A DNA stretch of 64,000 bases from an uncultured Gemmatimonadales bacterium (GCA_963850905.1 CAWKMU010000003.1:1216001-1280000), one strand, 5' to 3'. Numbered from the stretch's first letter, positions 52,543-62,454 are shown. Numbers and translations: made by a program. Notes: generated from the letters alone by a model not told the origin.

Positions 52543-52729
52543 TAGTGCCTCACCTAGTGCAGGCTCGTTCTACAGACGACTGGCTGAGTCAGAAAGACAC
52601 CTCTTGCCGATCGGCTGTCCAATTCCGCGACACCATGATCCGTTCGCTCCGTGAACATACGAGCGTTTGAGTCACGTGCCCGTGAGGCGGATCACACAGA
52701 CAGGCTTGGTGTGCGGCCGCGGTGACCGG

Positions 52730-53755
52730 TCAGTGGGTGGCGGGCCCGGATGCCGAGACGGGGCCGTTCGTCGCAGTGCCTGCGACGTAACGGACGCCGG
52801 GACGGTCCAGCGCGTCGAGAGTGTGCTCCAGGGCCGTTCCGTACACCTCGACGCGCGGAAGGCGGCGCGGGTCGAACGCGGGATCATAGGGACTGCGAGC
52901 CGGTCCACCGGACACCTCGAGGATCGCGTCGAAAGCGTACCGCGTCGCTCGCCCGCTGCGCGGGTCAGTCCACGCGCCAGACTGGGCCAATGCCCGGTTC
53001 TTGGGCCACACGCCGAGCGGGAGGGCGAAGGTTCGGATGTGGTAGCCGGGCACTGCGGAGTCAATCGCCAGCGCGCCGCGAGCAATCTGCTCCTGCACCA
53101 CGGCATCGGAGTACTTGGCGAGATTCGCATGCCACAGGGTGTGGTCACACAACTCGAACCCTTGATCGACGAGGTATTTCAGCTTCTTGAAGCGCCAGGC
53201 GCTGCGCTGACCCTCGATGCCGCCGTTCCCGAAGAACGCGTGTCCGGCATTCGCGGCCGGGAGCACGCAGAAGGTGGCGTGATTGGGCCAGTCCGGGTGC
53301 GTCGCGTGAAACGCGAGCCAAATGCCGATCGCCGAATTGGGATCGATCTCGAGTTGCCCGTCGTGTTCGATATAGCGGAACTGTGATGGCGAGGCGTCGT
53401 CGAAGGTGAACACAACCGGCGTCATTCCTGGCGCGACGTCCAGCTGCCGGTCGATGAGCTGTGACACCGACACCGGACGATACCCGCGCTCGTAGAGCAT
53501 CTGCAGATCATGCCGGAAGTGGTTCGGCTCGATCGTCCACTGTGCCTCGTGATCACCAATCACGTGATACTCGAGGATCGGGATGCGTCCGAGCCGGTTA
53601 GGCGGCGATTGGTGGCGCACTGCCCAGCCGCTCGCTGGCGCCGCGACCGTAGCCGCTCGACGATTGGCCAGGGTCGCGATGTCGCTTCCACTGGCGATTG
53701 GCAGGATGCCGAGAGCGAGAACCGGAAACAGTCGAGACGGAGAAAGCGGAAGCAT
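52730..53755 (-). CDS. Secreted polysaccharide deacetylase (CE4/NodB)
   Basis: IPILEYH, FTFDDA, ATFC, DHT.WH, FALPLG; N-terminal signal-like segment; ATG 53755. Confidence 0.9.
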   Translation of the reverse strand: MLPLSPSRLFPVLALGILPIASGSDIATLANRRAATVAAPASGWAVRHQSPPNRLGRIPILEYHVIGDHEAQWTIEPNHFRHDLQMLYERGYRPVSVSQLIDRQLDVAPGMTPVVFTFDDASPSQFRYIEHDGQLEIDPNSAIGIWLAFHATHPDWPNHATFCVLPAANAGHAFFGNGGIEGQRSAWRFKKLKYLVDQGFELCDHTLWHANLAKYSDAVVQEQIARGALAIDSAVPGYHIRTFALPLGVWPKNRALAQSGAWTDPRSGRATRYAFDAILEVSGGPARSPYDPAFDPRRLPRVEVYGTALEHTLDALDRPGVRYVAGTATNGPVSASGPATH

Positions 53756-53856
53756 GAGATGGGCTGTAGCAGAGGTGGCGGGCCGACACCAGAAAGAATA
53801 ACGATGCGATCGTAACTCGTAGACAACGAACGGGCCCTGTCCGCAGCAACGCGGAC

Positions 53857-53879
53857 GGCGACGCATGCGTCGCCCCTAC
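53857..53879 (-). repeat. GTAG-type REP copy
   Basis: ggcgacgcatgcgtcgcccctac, abutting the DUF1501 stop codon. Confidence 0.8.
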
Positions 53880-55159
53880 TACAACACGCCGATAGGCGAA
53901 TCGGGCGTGAACCCCGGGAAGATGCGGTCCAGGTGTGCTGCACCGAGGTGCCGTCCGGCGACCTCGGAAAACACCGCGCGGAAATCCGTCGTCAAGGCCA
54001 GGTCGCGTCCCTCGTAGAGCTGCTCCGGGGCGAGGCCCGGCCATCGGCCATGGACACGACCGCCGTGGACGTCGCCGCCGATCACGAACAGGGCGCCGGC
54101 GTGACCGTGGTCGGTCCCACCGTTCCCGTTCTCCCGGGCCATGCGACCAAACTCGGACATCGTCAGGATAGTTACGTCGGCCATGCGGTCGCCAAGGTCG
54201 ACGACGAGCGCGCTGATCGATCGCGCGAAGTCATCCAGCCGCTGCGCCAGCTGGCCGGTGGACCCGCCTTGGTTGACATGCGTGTCCCAGCCGCCAACGT
54301 CTGCGAACGCGATCTCCATCCCAACATCGGCCTTGATGAGCTGCGCGATCTGACGGAGTCGCTGGCCAAACTGCGACCTCGGATAGTCCGCGCCAGTACT
54401 CGGCTGATACTGCGCCGGATTCGCGGCGCGTAGCATCCGGACGGCGTCGAAGGTCTCCGCACCCGTCGCATGGACGATGTCTGCCGACCCGGTGCGGTAG
54501 AGAGCCTCCAACCGCTCGACCTGAGTGCCCGTTGCGCGAACGGAGAATTCCTCGAGGCTGTTCATTGCGACGGTCGCCGCAGGCCCCTCGAGAATGCGCG
54601 GCGTCTCGGGTGCGAGCGCAACGGCACGAAAGGGCGACGCGGCCTGGGCCGTGGATGCGGGCACCGCGCACTCGGCGCAGGTGCCCTGCACCGCGAGGTA
54701 CCGATTCAGCCACCCATCGACCGTCGACTTGTCGTCGGGCGTCCCCGTTTCCATGTAGTCTTGGGCATCGAAGTGCGAGCGCGTCGCGCTCGGGCTCCCC
54801 ACGGCGTGGACGATGGCCAGGAGCCGCTGATCGAACAGCGGCTTCAATGGCGCGAGCGCCGGGTGCAATCCAAAAAACCCGTCGAGATCGACCGCCGACG
54901 TGGACGCGGCGCCGATCGCGCCCCGCACCGGCCGCGGGATGGCGATCGTTGGTCGCATCGCGTAGTAGGCAGCCTCGCCGTGCGGCACGACCACATTGAG
55001 CGCATCGGCCGCACCCCGCTGAAAGAGGCAGATCAACACCTTGCCACGGCGCGCGCCCGGCAGCTCCATGCCGAACGCCGTGCGTCGGAGAAAGCGCGGG
55101 CTGAGCCCCATCGTGACGAGCGCAAGTGCACCGGACTTCACGAATACGCGGCGGTCCAC
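53879..55159 (-). CDS. DUF1501 domain protein with Tat signal
   Basis: MDRRVFVK twin-Arg, QRGAADAL, RSHFDAQ, GWDTH, SEFGR..RENG..GTDHG. Confidence 0.94.
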   Translation of the reverse strand: MDRRVFVKSGALALVTMGLSPRFLRRTAFGMELPGARRGKVLICLFQRGAADALNVVVPHGEAAYYAMRPTIAIPRPVRGAIGAASTSAVDLDGFFGLHPALAPLKPLFDQRLLAIVHAVGSPSATRSHFDAQDYMETGTPDDKSTVDGWLNRYLAVQGTCAECAVPASTAQAASPFRAVALAPETPRILEGPAATVAMNSLEEFSVRATGTQVERLEALYRTGSADIVHATGAETFDAVRMLRAANPAQYQPSTGADYPRSQFGQRLRQIAQLIKADVGMEIAFADVGGWDTHVNQGGSTGQLAQRLDDFARSISALVVDLGDRMADVTILTMSEFGRMARENGNGGTDHGHAGALFVIGGDVHGGRVHGRWPGLAPEQLYEGRDLALTTDFRAVFSEVAGRHLGAAHLDRIFPGFTPDSPIGVL

Positions 55160-55167
55160 AGGGCCTC

Positions 55168-57114
55168 CTATCGTCGCTGGAATTCTGGCGCGCCGAGCGC
55201 GAGCCCGACGACTTGCGCGAGTCCTTGCAAGGGCGGCAACTGGCCGCCTTGCCCTCGCGCCTGCCGGCGTCGCCGAGCGTCAATCATGTCGCCACCTTCT
55301 CCCGCCATCGCGGTCATCACGTCGCTGGTCGGATCACTGGCCGCGGCCGGGTCCCCTCCATTGCTGGATGGTGCCGTATTGGCGGCAGCCGCCGCGGGCG
55401 TCATCGCGGTGAGCAGCGGATGGTCACCCGACATAAGGATCGCGCGCGTGTCGGGTGAGACGCTGCCTCCGAGGATATCGGTGATGACGGCGTCGACCTG
55501 GACCGCGCGGGGCGCTGTCATCAATGCGGCGGCGTTGGGCCAGCGATCGAGGGACGCGCCGGGGACCCGGTTGCTCGCGACCGCGAGGCCAAAATTGATC
55601 CTGTTCAGAATGGCGCCCGTGTTCATCCAGCTCTCCCCCGTTTCGGGGTAGCCGTTTGGCGCTTGGTGTCCGAAGATCGGCTCACCCATACGCGCGATCA
55701 GTTGTGCCGTCCGCTGTGTGGTATCCGGCTCCGCGTTCACGGCGCGCAGCGCGCTCACCACCAGCTCGAAGGGCGACTTGACCTTGGCACGGTAGGCCGG
55801 CCGCGAGAAGAACTCCGGGGAGGTCAGGATCGTCCAGAGCACCTGTCGGATGTCGCCATCGGTGCGCGTGAAGGTGGCCGCCGCCCGTGCGACGAGCGCC
55901 GGCGGTGGTGAATCGCTCACGAATCGGCGGCACAACTTCGTCGCGATGAACCGCGCCGTACTCGGGTGGCGCGCGACGATGTCCAATACCTCCTCTCCAT
56001 CCTCAATGCCGCGGCCCGCGGCGAGGGTGTGGCCGAGGACGACTTTGGGGCCCGCATCATGGAAGGCGGGGCGGAAGATGAAGCCATTGCCTCCTTCCTG
56101 GTTTGGCCGGCGGTCAATCGACCAACCCGTGAGTGCCCGCGCGACGTTGATGACGTCTTGTTGGGTGTAGCCGCCGTCGACCCCGAGGGTATGCAGCTCG
56201 AGCAGTTCGCGACCATAGTTTTCGTTGAGGCCTCGGGCCGGCCGCCGTGGTGCGATGGGTGTGACGGCGCCCGGCGCGATCGCCAGGGATTGTTGGCCAC
56301 GAGGAAACGGTCTCGGCATCGGGCGGGGCGCCAGCGTCGGCTCGGTGCTGTCGGCGACACTCTCCCAGTTGTCGAGATAGAACAGCATGGCCGGGCTCGT
56401 GGCGACCGCACCCAACAGATCGCGGAAGCGACCCAGGGCGTAGGGGCGAATCGCGTCGCGGTCGTAGGCCGCGAGGTAGTAGCGCATCTGCGCACCCTTG
56501 CGGTCGTAGACCGTAAAATGGTTCTCCCAGAAGTCGACCATGACTTCTTGTAGCTGTCGTTCGCTCATCAGGGCTCGGGCGACCTCCAGCGTCTGCACGT
56601 CCGCGACGAGCCTGGCCGCCGCGCGATCGGCAGTGCGCACGATGGTGCTGTCCTCACGCGTGACCGGGGCCGCGCCCTGTCCCATCGCGGCCGAGCCACG
56701 TTGCACGGCGAGCGCTCGCCGCCCGGCCGGGTACGCGACCTCGAGAGTGCTCATCGGCAAAGCGTACGATGCAACCCGCGCGACGAGCGCATCGGTTGCC
56801 TGGTCTGGCACACGGTCTGGGGAAAGCTGCTGCGCAATCCAGCGGTCGACGCCGATCTCACGCACGCGGGCGACATCGCCAGGACGTGGGCCGAACGTCA
56901 GCCGATTGAGGGCCTCGAGCACCTGCTGGTCCGCTGTGAGCTCGCGCCCCGAGTCGGATGCGGCGCTCAGCGGCGTCGCCAGTGTCGCGTAGGACGACGA
57001 CGCCTGCGGTCGCGAGGCACAGCTCACCGCTCCGACAGCGACAATGCACAACACGACGGTGCCCAAGCCGCGCATGGCTGCGTGTTGGCGGAGCCGAACG
57101 GTTGAAACGGACAT
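55168..57114 (-). CDS. DUF1800 domain protein (lipoprotein-like signal)
   Basis: LNRLTFG, FWENHF, AMLFYLDN, NENYGRELLELHTLG, ARALTGW, PEFQRR; GAVSC lipobox-like. Confidence 0.94.
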   Translation of the reverse strand: MSVSTVRLRQHAAMRGLGTVVLCIVAVGAVSCASRPQASSSYATLATPLSAASDSGRELTADQQVLEALNRLTFGPRPGDVARVREIGVDRWIAQQLSPDRVPDQATDALVARVASYALPMSTLEVAYPAGRRALAVQRGSAAMGQGAAPVTREDSTIVRTADRAAARLVADVQTLEVARALMSERQLQEVMVDFWENHFTVYDRKGAQMRYYLAAYDRDAIRPYALGRFRDLLGAVATSPAMLFYLDNWESVADSTEPTLAPRPMPRPFPRGQQSLAIAPGAVTPIAPRRPARGLNENYGRELLELHTLGVDGGYTQQDVINVARALTGWSIDRRPNQEGGNGFIFRPAFHDAGPKVVLGHTLAAGRGIEDGEEVLDIVARHPSTARFIATKLCRRFVSDSPPPALVARAAATFTRTDGDIRQVLWTILTSPEFFSRPAYRAKVKSPFELVVSALRAVNAEPDTTQRTAQLIARMGEPIFGHQAPNGYPETGESWMNTGAILNRINFGLAVASNRVPGASLDRWPNAAALMTAPRAVQVDAVITDILGGSVSPDTRAILMSGDHPLLTAMTPAAAAANTAPSSNGGDPAAASDPTSDVMTAMAGEGGDMIDARRRRQARGQGGQLPPLQGLAQVVGLALGAPEFQRR

Positions 57115-57143
57115 GAACGATTGCCCCCGGCGAGGACTGCGGA

Positions 57144-57172
57144 TTAGACGAGCGAGACAGGGACAGCGTTAA
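57144..57172 (-). promoter_or_regulatory. Candidate ECF-sigma promoter for the DUF1800-DUF1501 operon
   Basis: Minus strand TTAAC-N17-CGTCTAA, 30 bp upstream of the ATG; fits the general ECF AAC...CGT pattern. Confidence 0.6.
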
Positions 57173-57260
57173 GAGGAAGGACGAAAGGCCGGGTGACGGG
57201 TCCTGAAAAAACTGTGAGGCCAGTCACGCGCTACCGCACCCGTCACTGCGGTTTGTACAA

Positions 57261-57291
57261 CCCGTCACCCGAAACCCGTCACCCGTTACCC
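57261..57291. repeat. 7-bp tandem repeat (CCCGTCA-like)x4
   Basis: cccgtca cccgaaa cccgtca cccgtta ccc; short inverted remnant gggtgacggg at 57191-57200. Confidence 0.75.
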
Positions 57292-57316
57292 CGCTTTCTT
57301 ACTATCTTTCCCTCCC

Positions 57317-57724
57317 GTGCATTGGGTTGGCGGCGCACGTCGAGCAGGGCCGTTCAAGGCCGGCATTCGCGCCGGGGTTTTTGCTGCCTCCGCGGTATTC
57401 GGCGCGCTGCTCGTGTATGCACGTCGTGATGGTGGCAGCATGTTCGACCCCGATCTCGGGCCTCCGGTCGGGATGCTGCTGGGCATCATCATCTGCGTCG
57501 TCTGGGGCACCATCTTCGCGATCGTTGCGGCGCCGTGGCGAGGACTCAAAGTCCTTGCTGTCGCAATTGTCGTCAGTGGGCTTGCGTGGCTCGTGAGCGC
57601 GTTACTGCTGCCGCCAGCGTTGCGATTGGGCAACGATCTGTATGCTTCCGTGCCACGGGCCAGCGTCGTGCATACTCTAATGGCGCTCGGATTCGTGACA
57701 GGTATGCGACTTGCCCATGGGTAG
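57317..57724 (+). CDS. Hypothetical 4-TM membrane protein
   Basis: Four hydrophobic segments; fills the intergenic gap. Confidence 0.7.
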   Translation: MHWVGGARRAGPFKAGIRAGVFAASAVFGALLVYARRDGGSMFDPDLGPPVGMLLGIIICVVWGTIFAIVAAPWRGLKVLAVAIVVSGLAWLVSALLLPPALRLGNDLYASVPRASVVHTLMALGFVTGMRLAHG

Positions 57725-57758
57725 TGTTGATCGTCGATGGGACGAGCGGGTGATTCCG

Positions 57759-57786
57759 GGAACTTTTTCCGTGCCTGAAGGTCTAC
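57759..57786 (+). promoter_or_regulatory. Candidate sigmaE-type promoter
   Basis: GGAACTT-N16-TCTAC (57759-57765, 57782-57786), ~75 bp upstream of ATG 57860. Confidence 0.6.
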
Positions 57787-57859
57787 CCGTAGTGAGCGTG
57801 CGGTCCGTCGTGCACGCTGGGAGCATGGCCTGGTGAGGCGAAACTTTTCTGGAGGGGAA

Positions 57860-58399
57860 ATGGATGTCCTCGTGATGCTCGAGGATCATCCCGACCACTC
57901 GCCGGTGCTTGCGCATGTGAATTCGGGGCCGACATCGCTGTACTCGGAGCGATCACCGCGCGACCTGGTGACGCTCTATGGGTCACCGAGCACCGAATCA
58001 CTGGCGTTGGCGCTCGCGGCCGCCGTCGAGAGCCGGCGACTGGAAGGTGAGCACGACGGGGTGATCCGTCATCTTGGATTGTGGCCGGAGCGCGGTGCGA
58101 TCGGCGATGCGGCGTGGCGGGACAGCGCGACCGGTCAACTCATGATGCAGGACCTCGCGATTCCTCTCGACGTCCTGCGGGAAACGGCACGACAGCTCCT
58201 GGCAGAGTGCGGTCAACTGATTCGCCGATTGGTCGCCGGACTGGCAATGCCTGACTGGCCCGAAGGCGCGCGCCGCGCCATTGGGTTCTCGTTGAAGCCC
58301 GTTGCCGAGCTCACCGTGGCGACGCGGACCAGGGTCGAAACGATCATGGACACCATGCGCGAAGCCGACGGCCTCGCGTTCGACATTGACGGAGACTGA
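57860..58399 (+). CDS. Hypothetical protein
   Basis: GGAGGGG RBS before ATG 57860, candidate promoter upstream and terminator downstream. Confidence 0.8.
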   Translation: MDVLVMLEDHPDHSPVLAHVNSGPTSLYSERSPRDLVTLYGSPSTESLALALAAAVESRRLEGEHDGVIRHLGLWPERGAIGDAAWRDSATGQLMMQDLAIPLDVLRETARQLLAECGQLIRRLVAGLAMPDWPEGARRAIGFSLKPVAELTVATRTRVETIMDTMREADGLAFDIDGD

Positions 58400-58439
58400 G
58401 GAGGAGACACCGAGCCTAGACTGTCCGATGCACGGCTGG

Positions 58440-58480
58440 GAAGAGCGAGGTTCGATCCGAACCTCGCTCTTCGTATTTTT
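58440..58480 (+). terminator. Intrinsic terminator
   Basis: Perfect 15-bp stem gaagagcgaggttcg / cgaacctcgctcttc followed by gtattttt. Confidence 0.85.
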
Positions 58481-58552
58481 CGGCACCTCTCTCGCCCGTC
58501 ACGGTAGATTGTCCACGGGTCTCGAACCGCCACCCCTTTTCCCTGTTGTGCC

Positions 58553-58831
58553 ATGCCGCCGCGCCCGTCCGACTCCGCGTCGCCATCCTCACAGCGTCCG
58601 CCCGGGGAACAGCGTGTCTTCGCGGCCCCTGACGGACGGCTCTGGGGTGCGTCGGTCCGGTCAGCCCCAGGTGGTCCTGACGCGTTCGTGCTGGTGTTCA
58701 CCTGTATGGCCGAGGCCCGCCGGGCGGTGCGCGCTGTCGCGATCGGGCCAGGCGTGCGCCTGCGCGATTTGAGCGACGACGCGCTGCGAGAGCATTTGGC
58801 ATCCGCGCCCGCCGTCGCGGATCTGAGCTGA
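58553..58831 (+). CDS. Small hypothetical protein
   Basis: 92 aa, RVF..PDGRLW...LVFTC...R.VRA...LRDLSDDALREHL..AP reads as a compact domain. Confidence 0.65.
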   Translation: MPPRPSDSASPSSQRPPGEQRVFAAPDGRLWGASVRSAPGGPDAFVLVFTCMAEARRAVRAVAIGPGVRLRDLSDDALREHLASAPAVADLS

Positions 58832-58842
58832 CGAGGGGAGCC

Positions 58843-58904
58843 GACGGGCGCTGGCGCGCCCGGAGAAAGGGGAAAGGAGAGAGGAGACAGGAGACAGGAG
58901 ACAG
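58843..58904. repeat. CGGGCGCT-N-CGCGCCCG hairpin plus (GGRGANA)x6 heptamer tail
   Basis: gacgggcgctggcgcgcccgga then ggagaaa ggggaaa ggagaga ggagaca x3; related copies at 62344-62365 and 63589-63629. Confidence 0.8.
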
Positions 58905-59054
58905 CAAAGGTCGACAGATCATCCGCGCCGATTTTCGATGCTCCGCGGCCTGGCGCTCCCGCATACGTTTCAAACCGTTCGCGCGCGCGGCGAGGCCGTC
59001 CTGGCGGCAGACCTGCGCGGCCACTCGCCAATCACGTCTTCTCATTCTTCCCCT

Positions 59055-59804
59055 GTGTTTTATACCGAACCGAAAATCACCGTCGTCGCACGCCCGGCGT
59101 TCGCCGAGCCCTCCCACCTCCCAATCCACTGGCTGGGAGAGAGCACGGATGGTGAGCGGCTCGCCGAATTCGCCGGCCGACTGTGCTACATGAGTCAGGC
59201 GAACCCTGCCGGCCGGGCGACTCGCGACTACATCGAGAACATCAAGAAGCAGCGCCACGGGAGCGTCCTGGAACACGCCTGCTACTCGTTGCTGCTCGAG
59301 GGCGTCAGTCGCGCGCTGACTCACGAGTTGGTCCGCCATCGTGCTGGCGTGGCCTTCTCCCAGCTGAGTCAGCGGTACGTGGATGAGTCCGAGGCGAACT
59401 TCGTCGTGCCCCCGGCGATCCTCGGGGATGTCGCGCTCGAGGGCCAGTGGCGTGCGGAGATGGAACGCGCCCAGGCGTCCTACGTCGCGCTGGTCCGTCA
59501 GCTCATGGAGCAGTACTCCTGGGTGACGGACCGGGTGCACCGCCGGAAGATGGCGCGCGAGGCGGCGCGGGGGGTGCTTCCGAATTCGACCGAGACGAAA
59601 ATCGTCGTGACGGCAAATGCCCGTGCCTGGCGGACGATCCTGGAGCTCCGCTCCGGTGAAGGTGCGGACCTGGAGATCCGACGCCTCGCGGTCGCGATCA
59701 TCCGGCTGTTCCACCGCGAGGCGCCGTCGTTCTTCTCCGACTTCGAGATCTACGTCGCGGAAGATCAGCGCGAAGCGGCGCGCGTGGGGTATACCAAGGT
59801 CTAA
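59055..59804 (+). CDS. thyX: FAD-dependent thymidylate synthase
   Basis: AGRLCY.S, HGSVLEH, SRALTHELVRHR...SQLSQRYV, AREAAR.VLPN, N.RAW, EIR. Confidence 0.96.
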   Translation: MFYTEPKITVVARPAFAEPSHLPIHWLGESTDGERLAEFAGRLCYMSQANPAGRATRDYIENIKKQRHGSVLEHACYSLLLEGVSRALTHELVRHRAGVAFSQLSQRYVDESEANFVVPPAILGDVALEGQWRAEMERAQASYVALVRQLMEQYSWVTDRVHRRKMAREAARGVLPNSTETKIVVTANARAWRTILELRSGEGADLEIRRLAVAIIRLFHREAPSFFSDFEIYVAEDQREAARVGYTKV

Positions 59805-60053
59805 TGAGGCGAGTCGAGGCCCATCGCTCACCGTGGTGGGCATCGGTCGGGCGAGGCAAATCGCGCGGCCTCCCTGCAAAACGCGAGACACGAGCAGGCG
59901 CGGTGAGCGCCGTGCGCGCGCGCTGCCCGTAAAGGCGCGCGCGGGTCATTGCGCACCCAATTCGGAGTCGGTATTATGCGCGCGATTCGCACCTGGCATC
60001 TCAATTGCACGCGTGCGAGCGACGCAACTGTAGCCCACGAACGCAAGGACCGC

Positions 60054-61247
60054 ATGGTGCGGATCGGATTCGCCTACAACGTCAAGCCCGACGCGAGTGC
60101 AGCGCCTACGAGCCGACCGACGGACGCGTCGGGTGGCGAGGACTCGGAGGCCCCGCTCGCCGACGAAGAGCCTCCCAGTAACGGGACCTCTGTCACTCGG
60201 TCGCGCCGCGCCCGAGATCTACGGACCGCCGAGCCCGCGGGACCGATTCTCCTCGAAGAGGCAGCAGCCGACGACGAGTTCGCCGAGTGGGATACATGGG
60301 AGACGATTTCGGCGGTGTCCGACGCCCTCTCGGCCTTTGGCGAGGTGGTTCATCTCGAGGCAACGCTCGAATTTCCCGCGCTGCTCCAGGCGACGCGACC
60401 GGACATCGTGTTCAACATGGCCGAGGGGCGGGGAGGGAAGAACCGCGAGTCGCTCGTGCCGGCGATTTGCGAGTACCTGGACATTCCGTATAGCGGCAGC
60501 GACCCGCTGACCCTGTCGCTGTGCTTGGACAAGGGACGTACCAAAGAGGTCCTGTCCTATTATCGCGTGCCGACGCCCGCCTTCGCGGTGATCGATCGCT
60601 CGGCCGACGTCGGCTCACTCTTCTCGCGACTTCGCTACCCGTTGTTCGTCAAGCCAGTTCATGAGGGGTCATCGAAAGGGATTACTGAGCGCAATTTCTG
60701 CCGGACGCCGGTCGATCTTGCTTCGCAGGTGACTCATTTGATCGAGAGCTACGATCAACCAGTGCTGGTCGAGGAGTTTCTTCCTGGCGCGGAGTACACC
60801 TGCGCCGTACTGGGGAATGGCTCCCGGGCTCGTGTGCTGCCGATCGTGGGGATGAACTTTGACGCGCTCCCGGAGGGCGCGATTCCCGTTTACGGTTTCG
60901 AGGCGAAGTGGGTGTGGGATCGTCCCGATTCGCCGCTCGAGATTTTCGACTGTCCGGCGCACATGGCGCCAGCGCTCCGCCGCGCGGTCGAAAGCACGAG
61001 CCTGCGGGCCTACCACGCGCTCGGGTGCCGCGACTGGGCGCGCATCGATGTTCGACTCGACGCCGCTGGAATTCCCAACGTCATCGAGGTCAATCCGCTG
61101 CCAGGCATCCTCCCGGATCCGGCCGACAACTCCTGCTTCCCCAAAGCGGCACGGGCGGCCGGGATGAGCTACGAGCAGCTGATCCAGTCCTGTCTTACCT
61201 CTGCAGGAGAGCGTTACGGCATGCGGCTGCCCAGGATCCTTCCGTGA
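60054..61247 (+). CDS. D-Ala-D-Ala ligase-like ATP-grasp enzyme 1
   Basis: FAEWD, VFNMAEG, DKGRTK, VKPVHEGSSKGI, EEFLPG.E, RIDVR, EVNPLPG. Confidence 0.92.
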   Translation: MVRIGFAYNVKPDASAAPTSRPTDASGGEDSEAPLADEEPPSNGTSVTRSRRARDLRTAEPAGPILLEEAAADDEFAEWDTWETISAVSDALSAFGEVVHLEATLEFPALLQATRPDIVFNMAEGRGGKNRESLVPAICEYLDIPYSGSDPLTLSLCLDKGRTKEVLSYYRVPTPAFAVIDRSADVGSLFSRLRYPLFVKPVHEGSSKGITERNFCRTPVDLASQVTHLIESYDQPVLVEEFLPGAEYTCAVLGNGSRARVLPIVGMNFDALPEGAIPVYGFEAKWVWDRPDSPLEIFDCPAHMAPALRRAVESTSLRAYHALGCRDWARIDVRLDAAGIPNVIEVNPLPGILPDPADNSCFPKAARAAGMSYEQLIQSCLTSAGERYGMRLPRILP

Positions 61248-62269
61248 AGGTCGCCATTCTTTTCGACGGCGCGTCAGCGCTCGGCAAGTCCCCGGATCTG
61301 CTGATCCTCGAGACGGTAGAAGCCGTCGAGGGCGTACTCGCCTCCGACGGTCACGAGGTGGTCCGCATTCCTGCTAATCCGGACGGCCGCTGGGTCGAGC
61401 GGGTCCGCAAGGCGAAGCTCGATCTCGTCTTCAACCTGTGCGAAGGCGTCGACGGCGTCGCGCTGCTCGAGCCCGCAGTGATCGGGGCGCTCGAGCTCCT
61501 TCGTGTCCCCTTTACGGGAAGCTCGAGCGCGACCACATCGCTCTGCCTCCGCAAGCACCTCGTCAACACGCTGCTCGGTCGAGCAGGGTTGCCGGTGCCA
61601 CGGTGGGACATCTCGCGTCGCGGAGACGCGATGCCCGCGGTGGGATTCCCAGCGATCTGCAAGCCGGGAGCGGAGGATGCTTCCCTGGGTGTTGAGCAGC
61701 GATCGGTCGTACGCACGGCGCGCGCCTTGATCGAGCGGCTCGCGGCGATGCACGAACGGTGGGACGAGGTCGTCGTGCAGCGCTACATCGATGGCCGAGA
61801 GGTCAATGTCGGGATCGTTGGCGACCGAGTGCTGCCGATCGCGGAGATCGACTTCCGCGAGATGCCGAGGGGTCTCTGGCGAATCGTGTCCTACCGATCA
61901 AAGTGGGAAGAAGGCAGTGAGGAGGACTCTGGAGCCCTTCCGCACTGCCCGGCGGATCTGCCGACGGCGCTGGCCTCCGAACTGGCCGCGATCGCCCTCG
62001 AGGCCTGGCGGACCGTCGGGGGCGACGGCTACGGGCGCGTCGATTTCCGAATTGATTCCGCAGGTCGGCCGTGGCTGCTCGAGGTCAATGCAAATCCCGA
62101 CCTGTCTCCGACCGCAGGGCTCGCCCGAATGGCGCGCGCGGCTGAGATGGACTTCGCAGGTCTCGTGCGTCGCATTGCCGATCGGGCACTCTCCGCACCC
62201 CAAACCATTCCCGTGCTCGATGCGGAGCTTTGGGCGCTGACGCAGCGGCTGTCCGGCGTGGTCGGGTAG
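61244..62269 (+). CDS. D-Ala-D-Ala ligase-like ATP-grasp enzyme 2
   Basis: GTGA overlap with enzyme 1; VFNLCEG, KPGAEDASLG, YIDGRE, YGRVDFR, EVNANPDL. Confidence 0.92.
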   Translation: MKVAILFDGASALGKSPDLLILETVEAVEGVLASDGHEVVRIPANPDGRWVERVRKAKLDLVFNLCEGVDGVALLEPAVIGALELLRVPFTGSSSATTSLCLRKHLVNTLLGRAGLPVPRWDISRRGDAMPAVGFPAICKPGAEDASLGVEQRSVVRTARALIERLAAMHERWDEVVVQRYIDGREVNVGIVGDRVLPIAEIDFREMPRGLWRIVSYRSKWEEGSEEDSGALPHCPADLPTALASELAAIALEAWRTVGGDGYGRVDFRIDSAGRPWLLEVNANPDLSPTAGLARMARAAEMDFAGLVRRIADRALSAPQTIPVLDAELWALTQRLSGVVG

Positions 62270-62288
62270 CCTGCGCTTCGCGCAGAGC

Positions 62289-62454
62289 TAGAAAGTAGAA
62301 CCACAGAAAGTAGAAAGTAGACCAGGATGAACATCTGAGGGAGGACGGGCGCTATCGCGCCCGAGGAAGCAGACTTGCAGAACGTCCGGAGTAGACCGGC
62401 TCAACCTTGGCCGCTGGTATCGTCTACTTTCTACTTTCTGTACTTCTACTCTCT
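62289..62454. repeat. Inverted pair of AT-rich heptamer tracts (TAGAAAG / CTTTCTA) enclosing ~100 bp
   Basis: 62289-62322 tagaaagtagaaccacagaaagtagaaagtagac vs 62422-62454 gtctactttctactttctgtacttctactctct. Confidence 0.85.

Noticed and set aside
60054..62269. Canonical ddl or vancomycin-resistance ligases
   Set aside because: Canonical Ddl N-terminal motifs are missing and there are no van or dcw neighbours.
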